NCBI GenBank assembly: GCA_963702005.1
Contig: OY969696.1
Coordinates: 192,001 to 256,000, forward strand
DNA: 64,000 nt
Direction: 5' to 3'
Origin: Candidatus Aminicenantes bacterium
Lineage (GTDB): Bacteria; Acidobacteriota; Aminicenantia; Aminicenantales; JAFGBC01
Part shown: piece by piece, positions 8,473 through 16,679 of the stretch
How positions within the stretch are numbered: position 1 is the stretch's first letter
Layout: every line of letters starts with the position of its first letter
The notes under the pieces: generated by a model
The model's input: the letters and a program-made list of their open reading frames with translations, nothing else
Told to the model about the DNA's origin: nothing
Databases searched by the model: none
Translations under genes and position numbers: made by a program

Positions 8473-9527
8473 AGTTTATACAGCTCCGCCATCCTCTCGT
8501 TGGGCTTGTATTTGGTGATGCACTGTTCGAGCGGCGTCCCCAGGAGCTGGATCTGGTCGGATTCGCCCTGGCCCAGTCCGGCTTCGGCCATCGACTTGAG
8601 ATAATTGATTTGCATCGGATCGAAGCCCATGACCCGCGTCCCCGTGATGTCGGCGGCCACGGCGTCCCGGCTGGCCAGGGCCACCTTCGAGCCGATGGGC
8701 GAGCCCCAGGCCGGGCCGTTCCCCTCGATCCCCACGAACCCGTCGATGACGGCCAGGTCGGGAAAGATCTCCTGGGCGATGTGGAACATGTTGTAATGGA
8801 GGAGGTCGTTCTTGGCCGGCGGCGCCTGGTGCATCAGGCCCTTGTCGTTCCCCCGGGCGTCGTTGAGGGGCGAGGCCATGATCACGTTCTTGATGGACAG
8901 GGTGACGAAAACGTAGTTATGCGTCTTCATCCGGGCGACGGAGATGATATAGAGGTTGGGGTCGAAAAAGGTGTTGATGATCCGGATCGGCGTCGGTTTG
9001 TTGTCCAGACCGAGGACGTACCGGGTCTGATAGGTGTCGCGATTGAGGTCCAGGAGCTTGACGTTGTAGTCCTTCTCGAGGCGCAGGTAGTCGCCGTAGG
9101 CGAAGCCCTTCATAGTATCTTGGACGCCCGACTCGCCGATGAGGATCTGACTTTTAAAATGAGGCGTCAGGAAATCCAGGACGGCCCGGACGGCATCAAC
9201 GTGCGTGATGCAGGCGGCGCAATTGGACAGGACAATGTTCGGCTTGATCAGGATCCGCTTCGGCCCGATCGAGCCCAGGACCTCGTCCTCGATGAGCTTC
9301 AGCGACTGGAAGACGATGTCGTAGCGGTTCTTCCCCTTGACGAGGGAGACTCGCACGGGGCCGGCCGCCCGCCCGGAAAGCCGGGGGAAACGGCCCGCCG
9401 CGGACCTCGACGCCGGGGAGGCGAACAGGGTCTTCCCAATGCCCAGGACCCCGCCCAGGGCCGCGCCGCCCATCGCTCCGGCGCCGAACTTCAGGAACTC
9501 GCGCCTGGCGAGCGCTCGTCGGTTCAT
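8469..9527 (-). CDS. Tat-exported DUF362 domain protein
   Basis: ARREFLK Tat signal; ILIKPN, TH, MKTH, LSIKN, VIDGFVGIEGNGP, DAVAAD. Confidence 0.88.
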   Translation of the reverse strand: MNRRALARREFLKFGAGAMGGAALGGVLGIGKTLFASPASRSAAGRFPRLSGRAAGPVRVSLVKGKNRYDIVFQSLKLIEDEVLGSIGPKRILIKPNIVLSNCAACITHVDAVRAVLDFLTPHFKSQILIGESGVQDTMKGFAYGDYLRLEKDYNVKLLDLNRDTYQTRYVLGLDNKPTPIRIINTFFDPNLYIISVARMKTHNYVFVTLSIKNVIMASPLNDARGNDKGLMHQAPPAKNDLLHYNMFHIAQEIFPDLAVIDGFVGIEGNGPAWGSPIGSKVALASRDAVAADITGTRVMGFDPMQINYLKSMAEAGLGQGESDQIQLLGTPLEQCITKYKPNERMAELYKL

Positions 9528-9554
9528 GAACGACCTCCCTCCCCCTCTCCGTCT

Positions 9555-11495
9555 TCAGCGCGGCGGATACTTGAACCCCGTGACGTTCGTCCGGATCCGG
9601 TAGATCCTGTTGAAAGCCGCGAGGAAGAGCGTCTTCATGTCGTCGCCGCCGAAGCAGCAGCTGACCGGAAAAACGGGGGCATTCAGGACGCCGACGAATT
9701 CGCCGCGGGCGTTGAAGATCTGGAGCCCGAGGTAGGTGGCCACGAAGAGATCTCCCTGCGTGTCGATGGTCATGCCGTCGGCGCTGGTCGTTCTCCCCTT
9801 GCGGTCGAGGACCTCCGGTGTCAGGAGGAGCTCGCAGAATTTGCGCGGCCCCGCCAGCGTCCCGTCGGCTTTCACGTCGTAGGCCCAGATGAAATTGTCC
9901 TTGTCCGTGTCCACGTTCCAAAATGTCTCGCTGTCGTAGGTGTTGTTGACGAGAAGGATTTTCCCGTCCGGCGTGAGCACCAGGCCGTTGGGCATGGCGA
10001 AGACGTTGGGCTCGACGACGCGCCTGAGCTCGCCCCGCGGAGGGAGGTAGAAAACGCTCCGCCCCGGCTGCGATTTCACGGGCTCGGGCGTGAATTGCGG
10101 GTCGCTGAAATAGAGCCCGCCGCGCGCGTCGACGACGACGTCGTTGGGCCCGTCGAGGGGCCGGCCGCCGTACCGGCCGGCCAGGGTGCGGACGACCCGG
10201 CCCGAGGTCGTCATCTCGATGAGACGATGTCCGAACATGTCGCAGACGGCCAGATGGCCGTTCGCGAGAGGCATCAGCCCGTTGGTCAGCAGGCCGCGCT
10301 GGATATAGCGGTAGGTCCCGTCGGGGTCCATCACGACCGTCGCGCTCTTTCTCGGATCGCCGTTCCAGGCCTGGTCGAAGGCCATGCTCGAGACATAGAG
10401 CTTCCCGTCGAGCCACTTCGGCCCTTCGTTGAAGATGAGCCCCGGCCCCGCTTTGGCGCCGTCCACGAGAAGCTCGAGCTTGGAACCGGCGGGGATGATG
10501 GCCTCGAACGCAGTCTCGCGGCTCGCCCTCTTGGCCTCGTAATCCGGCCGCGGCGGGAAGAAGACGTCCAGGACGTCGCAGCCGGTGTCGCCGACTCTCC
10601 CGCCGTGGACCATCGTCCCGGGCAGATAGAGAAGGTCGCCCTTGGCCATGGCCGCCGTGCCGTCGAGAATGAGCTCCTCGATCGAGCCGCGCAGCACGAT
10701 CATGAGCTGCTCCTCGGGATGGAGGTGGGCGGCGAAATTCAGGCCCGGGCTCATCTGGAGGAAGCTCAGCTGGGCCCCGCGTCCGCCGATCAGCCGCGAA
10801 TTGGCGCCGGGCTGGAGCTCCGTGAATTGGACGTCATGAAGATCGCCGACGACTCCCGGCCGGACCGTCGGCACGATCGGGAACTCGGGGGCGGGGAATT
10901 CCGCCGGGACGTCCTTCGCGCCCGCCCGCGCCAGGTAGTCGGGCCGCGGCGGCCAATAGACTTCGACGATCTCGGCCCCGGCGGGCCCGGCTTGGACGCC
11001 GTTGGGCGCGCCTTTCTCGAGATAGACGAACTCGTTCTTGGGCGTCCCGCCGTGCGTGCCGTCGGGCGTCTCGCGCGGGACGGCCCGCATCGTCACATAG
11101 CTTCCGTCGAGGAGCTGGCCGACCTCCCCTTTCATCACGACCATGATGCGCTCGGCCGGCAGGATCTCCTCGGGGATCGTCGCGCCCGGGTCGAAGGCCA
11201 GCCAGGCGACGAGGTTGCCCTTCCCCCAGTAGAGGCGCGCCTTGACGCCCGGGGCGAGGAGGGTTTCCGGGAGCGACGCGATCGGCGTCACGATGCCGTC
11301 CGCCAAGCTCGGCCTCAGCCGGACGGCCGGGATATCGCCGCGGGCGCGGACGGTCAGCTTTTGGGCGGCGATGAGCTTCTCGTTCTTCGCCGCCCAGTCC
11401 GGCTTCTTAGCGCAGGCCGCGGTTAAGAAGAGGATGCCGGCGGCGAAAAGCGCCAGGATCGCGCGAGCGGCAAACCGCGGATGCTGGGATGTCAT
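9555..11495 (-). CDS. Lipoprotein: cupin domains fused to an SMP-30/gluconolactonase propeller
   Basis: Start MTSQHP after RBS aaggagg; lipobox LTAAC; cupin HLHPEEQ...MVHGG; SGL motifs FNEGP, GPNDV, MPNGL, ADGMTID. Confidence 0.85.
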   Translation of the reverse strand: MTSQHPRFAARAILALFAAGILFLTAACAKKPDWAAKNEKLIAAQKLTVRARGDIPAVRLRPSLADGIVTPIASLPETLLAPGVKARLYWGKGNLVAWLAFDPGATIPEEILPAERIMVVMKGEVGQLLDGSYVTMRAVPRETPDGTHGGTPKNEFVYLEKGAPNGVQAGPAGAEIVEVYWPPRPDYLARAGAKDVPAEFPAPEFPIVPTVRPGVVGDLHDVQFTELQPGANSRLIGGRGAQLSFLQMSPGLNFAAHLHPEEQLMIVLRGSIEELILDGTAAMAKGDLLYLPGTMVHGGRVGDTGCDVLDVFFPPRPDYEAKRASRETAFEAIIPAGSKLELLVDGAKAGPGLIFNEGPKWLDGKLYVSSMAFDQAWNGDPRKSATVVMDPDGTYRYIQRGLLTNGLMPLANGHLAVCDMFGHRLIEMTTSGRVVRTLAGRYGGRPLDGPNDVVVDARGGLYFSDPQFTPEPVKSQPGRSVFYLPPRGELRRVVEPNVFAMPNGLVLTPDGKILLVNNTYDSETFWNVDTDKDNFIWAYDVKADGTLAGPRKFCELLLTPEVLDRKGRTTSADGMTIDTQGDLFVATYLGLQIFNARGEFVGVLNAPVFPVSCCFGGDDMKTLFLAAFNRIYRIRTNVTGFKYPPR

Positions 11496-11526
11496 GGTTC
11501 CCTCCTTCCGGCAAGCGCGCATCGGC

Positions 11527-12429
11527 CTATTTGACCTGGTCGTGGCGGTTCCCCATGTAAAGCCAGAGCATGGGGCCGTCGCTGGGATTGATCGAGCTGT
11601 GCGGAACCTTCTTGTTCGGCGGGACGAGGAACGCTTCCCCCGGCTCCTGCCGCAACAGCCGGTTGCCGAACAAAAGCAGGCTCGTCCCCCGGAGCTGGCA
11701 CCAGATCTCCTCGCAGCCCGGCCCGTGAACATGGGGCTGGGCGATGTCGAACTTGTCGATCGAGACGGCGGCGAAGCCCATCGGGTTAGCGAACTTGGGC
11801 GGCGTATCCCACGTAAATCCGCGGCCGATATGGGCCCAATGCATTCCGACGCTGGGGAGCGTCTCACGATAGTCGCCGACGGACATCTTCGTGTTCGGCA
11901 CGAAGCCGACGGGGATGTCTTCGACGACCATGATCAACTCCAGATCGTCATCGCCGGGATTGAAGAACCGATAGGCGAGTCCGGTCGGAAGAAAGACGGC
12001 CATCCCTTCCTCGATGTTCGCCGTTCGGCCGCCCGCCTCGACCTGGCCCGCGCCGCTGAAAACGCAGAGGAACACCTGCTCCCGGTCGCTCTGGAAGGAC
12101 TGGGTCCTGCATCGGGGTTCCAGGGCGGCCCGCTTATAGGCCTTGATATACTTCAGCACGGCCCCTTTTTTGGGCGGCCGCAGCGGGTCGCCGGGCGTCA
12201 GGATATCGCGCTCAATGAACCCGCCGTGTCCCTCGCTGGGCAGCGAATTCCGCCAATGATTGATGTAGAGACTGACGTCGGTATCGACGTCCGGATGGCG
12301 ATGGTTGGAGACCGCGTCCTCGGCATAGGACGGATCGGGCTCCGTCGTTAACTTGCCCGCGACCTGCCCGAGGGCGAGCGCCAAGGACGCCAAGGCCAAC
12401 CCGGTGACGATCAGGACGATCTTATTCAT
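11527..12429 (-). CDS. Exported bicupin protein
   Basis: Signal peptide; QPHVHGPGCEEIW...VPHSSIN metal motif; degenerate first cupin. Confidence 0.82.
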   Translation of the reverse strand: MNKIVLIVTGLALASLALALGQVAGKLTTEPDPSYAEDAVSNHRHPDVDTDVSLYINHWRNSLPSEGHGGFIERDILTPGDPLRPPKKGAVLKYIKAYKRAALEPRCRTQSFQSDREQVFLCVFSGAGQVEAGGRTANIEEGMAVFLPTGLAYRFFNPGDDDLELIMVVEDIPVGFVPNTKMSVGDYRETLPSVGMHWAHIGRGFTWDTPPKFANPMGFAAVSIDKFDIAQPHVHGPGCEEIWCQLRGTSLLLFGNRLLRQEPGEAFLVPPNKKVPHSSINPSDGPMLWLYMGNRHDQVK

Positions 12430-13469
12430 GGTCCCTCCTCCGTCAACTGATAGATCTCGGCCATCTTTTTATGGGCTTTGAATTTGAAGCGGCACTCGTC
12501 GAGCGGGGCGCCGATGACTCGGATCTTCCCCAGGTCGCCCTGCCCCATCCCGGCGTCGGCCATCGCCTTGAGGTAGAGGATGCGTCCGGGGTCGAATCCC
12601 ATGATCGTCGTGCCGACGATATCCACCGCCAGCGGGTCGCGGCCGGCCAGGGCCAGGCGCGTCGCGAGCGGCGTCCCCCAGGCCGGTCCGTCCCCTTCCA
12701 TGGACTCGAACCCGTCGATGACGGCCAGGTCGGGCCAGACGCCGCGCTCGGCCAGGTGGAACAAGTTGTAATGCATGATGTCGTCGACCGATTTGACCGC
12801 ACCGTGGAGGATCCCCTTGTCGCTTTTCCGGTAGTCGTTGACCGGGGCGGCCATGAGGACGTTCTTGAGCGCTAGGGTCACGAGCACGGTATCGTGCGTT
12901 TTCATCCGGGCGAGCGAGATGACGCAGACGTCGGGATCGACGAAGACGGAGTAGACCCTCACGGGCCTGGGGATGTGGTTCGTATCGACGGCGTACCCGG
13001 GCTCGAAGACGGGGTCCGCGTTGAGGTCGATGACCTTGACCCCGTATTCCTTCTCCAGGGCCGGATAGCCGTTGTTGCGGAAACCGTCGCCGGTGTTCAG
13101 GACCCCCGACTCGGCGACGACGATGGGCTTCCGGCAGCGGGGCCGGAGGAAATCCAGGACGGCGCGCGCCGCGTCGACATGGGTGACGGCCAGGGGGTTC
13201 TTGTCGACGGCCATGTTGGGCTTGATGAGGACGCGCTTCTTGCGGTCGATGGCGGCCCAGACGTCGTCCTCGATGAGCTTCAGCGCCCGGTAGACGATCT
13301 CGCGCCGGTCCCGCCCTCTGACGAGGCTGAGGCGGGGAGCCGTTTCGGCCGACGGCGTTCCCGGCCGCGCGAAAAGGGCGGGCGACCCGAAAAGGCCGAC
13401 GCCGAGGAGCCCGCGCCCCGCCGTCCGGAGAAATTCGCGCCGGCGAAAGGGGCGTTCGGGTTTCTTCAT
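12426..13469 (-). CDS. Tat-exported DUF362 domain protein (paralog of 8469-9527)
   Basis: RRREFLR Tat signal; VLIKPN, MKTHD, LKN, IDGFESMEGDGPAWG. Confidence 0.88.
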   Translation of the reverse strand: MKKPERPFRRREFLRTAGRGLLGVGLFGSPALFARPGTPSAETAPRLSLVRGRDRREIVYRALKLIEDDVWAAIDRKKRVLIKPNMAVDKNPLAVTHVDAARAVLDFLRPRCRKPIVVAESGVLNTGDGFRNNGYPALEKEYGVKVIDLNADPVFEPGYAVDTNHIPRPVRVYSVFVDPDVCVISLARMKTHDTVLVTLALKNVLMAAPVNDYRKSDKGILHGAVKSVDDIMHYNLFHLAERGVWPDLAVIDGFESMEGDGPAWGTPLATRLALAGRDPLAVDIVGTTIMGFDPGRILYLKAMADAGMGQGDLGKIRVIGAPLDECRFKFKAHKKMAEIYQLTEEGP

Positions 13470-13479
13470 TGTTCCCTAC

Positions 13480-14397
13480 TTACTTGCGGCAGCCGAAGAA
13501 CAGCCACAGCGGATGTTCTCCGTCGGGGTTGATCGAGCTGTGCGGAACGGTGTTGGTGGGCGGGACCAGAAAGGCCTCGCCCGCTTCCTGGCGCAGGAGC
13601 CGGTTGCCGAGAAGAAGGAGGCTCGTTCCCCTGAGCTGCAGCCAGATCTCCTCCGCGGCCGCCGGATGCGTGTGCGGCTGGGCGATATCGAAGGCGTCCA
13701 TGGACACGACGACGAAGCCCATCGGGTTGGCGAATTTCGGCTCATGGTCGTAAAGGAACGGCCGGGCGATGTGAGCCCAATGGGCGCCGACCAGGGGCTT
13801 GGAATCGCGAAACCGGCCGACCGAAAGCTCTGTCTGCGGGACAAAATCCGCCGGCGTCTCTTCTGCAGCCAGGAAGAGCTCCAGGGGTTGGGAGGCGGGA
13901 TTCATCAGCCGGTAGCTAAGCCCGGCGGGAATGACGACGGCCATCTCTTCCTCGAGCTCGACCGTCCGGCCGTTCGTGCCGATACTCCCGCGGCCGCCCA
14001 TGACATAAAGGAAGACTTGTTCGCGCGCGTCTTTGAATTCCCGCGTTCCGGCGCGGGGAAGGAGCTCGGCCCGGCGATAGGCTTTGAGATAACGAAGGAC
14101 GGCTCCCTTTTTTGGGGGTTGGAAGGGGTCGCCCCGGGTCAGGATATCGCGCTCCAGAAGACCGCCGTGCCCTTCCCGGGGCGGCGAGTTCCGCCAGTGG
14201 TTGATGTAGAGCGAAACATCCGTATCCAGGCCCGGAAGCCGGCGGTTGGAAGGAGCGTCCTCCCGGTACGAGGGCTCGGGTTCTCCAACGGTCTTTTGTT
14301 GGGCGCGCGCGGTGAGGACGAGAACGACCGCCAGCGCCGCGAGGACGACTCGGAGAGCCTTCTTCTCGTTCAAGGTGGAATAGATGTTTTTTAGCAC
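13480..14397 (-). CDS. Exported bicupin protein (paralog of 11527-12429)
   Basis: Shares DTDVSLYINHWRNS, PPKKGAVL, PKFANPMGF and QPHTH...EEIW...VPHSSINP; start uncertain. Confidence 0.82.
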   Translation of the reverse strand: MLKNIYSTLNEKKALRVVLAALAVVLVLTARAQQKTVGEPEPSYREDAPSNRRLPGLDTDVSLYINHWRNSPPREGHGGLLERDILTRGDPFQPPKKGAVLRYLKAYRRAELLPRAGTREFKDAREQVFLYVMGGRGSIGTNGRTVELEEEMAVVIPAGLSYRLMNPASQPLELFLAAEETPADFVPQTELSVGRFRDSKPLVGAHWAHIARPFLYDHEPKFANPMGFVVVSMDAFDIAQPHTHPAAAEEIWLQLRGTSLLLLGNRLLRQEAGEAFLVPPTNTVPHSSINPDGEHPLWLFFGCRK

Positions 14398-14517
14398 AGG
14401 GGCCGAAAAGAATCAAATGCGCCCAAATCCCCTATCGTCCACCATCTCATTCATCAATAACTTAGCCTCCTCTTGCATGCCTTCTTTTTCCAGAAATGAT
14501 TCCCTCACCCGGAATCC

Positions 14518-14546
14518 TTGACGGGAACCTGACCAGACATTATCCT
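14518..14546 (+). promoter_or_regulatory. sigma70 promoter with a probably leaderless start
   Basis: TTGACG-N17-TATCCT; ATG 14554 follows after 7 nt. Confidence 0.55.
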
Positions 14547-14553
14547 TTAAATC

Positions 14554-15081
14554 ATGCCGAAATCGTTCCGCCTGACCGTCCCCGTCGATATGCGCGCCTA
14601 TCTTTCCGCGCGCGAGCGGCCGCGTATCGCCAATTTCTCGGCTTCGTTCGAAGCGACGCTGGACCGGGGATTGGGCGGATCGTTCGAGGAAACGCTCGGC
14701 CTCGTCCGGGCGGTGACGAGAAAGGAAAAACAAGGCCGTCCGGGCCTGGAGCAGGCAGCGGCCCTTTGCTCGATCGCCGATCGGATCCCCTTTCGGATCA
14801 TCCAAAACCGGCTCGAGAGGGGAAAGGTCCGCATGGCCCTCCCCCCGCCTTGGTTCATCGCCCTGGGCGTTCTACGCCCCGAAAACCTGTCCTTCGGTCC
14901 CGTGGCGGCCCGCTACGCGTATTCGCTCCAATCGGTGAGCCGGGCCGGCGCGGTGTTTCAACTCAGCGCGTCCCTCTTCGCCGAATCGATCACCCTGGCC
15001 GTCTGCTTCGCCGGGGACGACGCCAATGAAGAGGTCGTCAACCGCTTCCTCGATTTCTACGAAGCCGAACTCCCGTCCTGA
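14554..15081 (+). pseudogene. C-terminal half of a condensation/acyltransferase-like protein
   Basis: TVPVDMRAYL..IANFS and FQLSASLFAESITLAV..RFLD..EAELP resemble the C-lobe of condensation-type acyltransferases. HHxxxDG lobe absent. Confidence 0.55.
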
Positions 15082-15127
15082 CCGCCGATTGGCGGTCGGT
15101 GGACCGGAAAAGGAGGGTTCCGCACGC

Positions 15128-16453
15128 CTATCTCGCGCTTCGGGATTCTCCACGGCGCTCCTCAACCTTCCACAGCGAGAACCCGAAACGCTTTTCACGC
15201 TTGTTCTGAATGGGGCTGACAACGACCAAGCCGCCCGCTCGCAGGAAGGAAACGGCAAGATATTCTCCGGCCGTATCGCGAATCAGCGCGTCTTCCGGCC
15301 AAGAGCGGTTTTGCCGCCAACTATCGGGTTTGAACGGCGCCGACTCAACCATGCGAGGTGGCGTTTCGCCCTCGCCCACGTCGATGCGGGCCACATGCGC
15401 TTGCCATGTCCCGGTCCAACCTGAAAACCACGTCGCCGCCAGTTCACCCTCGCCGCGCGCCACCAGATAGGGGAAATACGCCACTTCAGGGCTCTCTTCG
15501 AGCCGCCATGTCGTCCATGTCGCGCCTTGATCGACTGAGCGCCCCAGCCAGATTCCTTTTAAGTTGGTCCAGAACGAGTAAAGGGCGCCGCGGGCGTCCC
15601 AAGCCACCGGCTCTACCCAGCGCGGGACGGGGAATTCGCTTTCCGGGTTCCACTCACGGGTACCCGGCGCCGCGTGTTTTTGCCACGTCATGCCCCCGTC
15701 CGTGCTCACGGCGATGAGGTCGACGCCCTCGTCATATTTCGGGCCCGCGGCCGATGTCGGCGTCACCCGCACCGCCACTTCGCCGTTCGGGCCCACGGCC
15801 AGATGACTCGAACCGCCCTGCGGATGGATCCGGGCTCGCTCCGTCCAGGTCAGGCCGCCGTCCTGGCTGACGGCATAGCAGACGCCGCGGCCGTCGTTCC
15901 AGATCACGTGAGCCGTGCCGTCCGGCGCCACCTTGACCCAGGGGCGATCGTCGAACCTGGTTTTTGATAGCAATGTCCACTTCCAGGTCGCGCCCACGTC
16001 CTTGCTGACGCCGACGCTGATCTGCTTGCCTTCATCCGCCTTTTCGTCGTAGACCAGCGTCGCGAAATAGAGGGTGCCGTCGCGGGCCACCGCCAGGTCC
16101 ACGTCGGAATTGCCGGCCGCGCCACTCGCCTCGGTTCCGACATTGACCCGGGTCCAGGTCGTCCCTCCATCGCGGCTCTTCCAGAGGGTCGCCTCATCCG
16201 ACCTCTTCCCGCTCATGAAGGCCGCTCCGTAACCGCTGACGAAGAGCGTGCCGTCGGGATGCTCCACGATCATCGGCTCGCGGGCAAGGACGTCAGGATG
16301 CTCGACGGGAGCCGCCATGGTCAGCGTCCACGGAGGCGACGTTTCAGACGATGCGCGGCCAACGCCGCCGGAGCGTCGGCACTCCGCCAGCCCGACTAGA
16401 CATAACACAATCATACCCGAACACAGCAGAAATCGAATTTGACATGAGTTCAT
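15128..16453 (-). CDS. Exported BNR/Asp-box (sialidase-like) beta-propeller protein
   Basis: Repeated SxDGGxTW boxes (SRDGGTTW, SQDGGLTW, STDGGMTW, SVDQGATW); DRPW. Confidence 0.8.
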   Translation of the reverse strand: MNSCQIRFLLCSGMIVLCLVGLAECRRSGGVGRASSETSPPWTLTMAAPVEHPDVLAREPMIVEHPDGTLFVSGYGAAFMSGKRSDEATLWKSRDGGTTWTRVNVGTEASGAAGNSDVDLAVARDGTLYFATLVYDEKADEGKQISVGVSKDVGATWKWTLLSKTRFDDRPWVKVAPDGTAHVIWNDGRGVCYAVSQDGGLTWTERARIHPQGGSSHLAVGPNGEVAVRVTPTSAAGPKYDEGVDLIAVSTDGGMTWQKHAAPGTREWNPESEFPVPRWVEPVAWDARGALYSFWTNLKGIWLGRSVDQGATWTTWRLEESPEVAYFPYLVARGEGELAATWFSGWTGTWQAHVARIDVGEGETPPRMVESAPFKPDSWRQNRSWPEDALIRDTAGEYLAVSFLRAGGLVVVSPIQNKREKRFGFSLWKVEERRGESRSAR

Positions 16454-16679
16454 TTGGTCGCCTCCCCTATGCCTTCCTCAGTTTTTTCAGCATCTCGACG
16501 GCATTCGAATTCTAAGAATTCAATGCGTGAGTTTGAGCTACCCCAACCCGTAAGGCATGAATGATTATGTACCCTACTCCATAAAAGAGCAAGGGGGGCA
16601 ATCCGGCTAAGCCGTTTCAGGCTGTGCCCGCGGGAGGCGCTTATAACGGCCGAGGGGAGCGCGGAAATATCAAGGAGGG

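Noticed and set aside
8610-11426. 938-aa plus-strand ORF and many other long antisense ORFs (e.g. 7114-8604, 24654-25994, 26129-27628, 37741-39321)
   Set aside because: Shadow frames of well-supported genes in high-GC DNA; no recognisable motifs.
11496-11867. 124-aa N-terminal extension of the cupin-lactonase ORF (similarly 2135-2485 and 53970-54263)
   Set aside because: Overlaps the upstream gene; better starts with an RBS or stop-start coupling exist.
16525-16550. Minus-strand GTAGCTCAA resembling a tRNA 5' start
   Set aside because: No D-loop GG, anticodon arm or T-arm follows.
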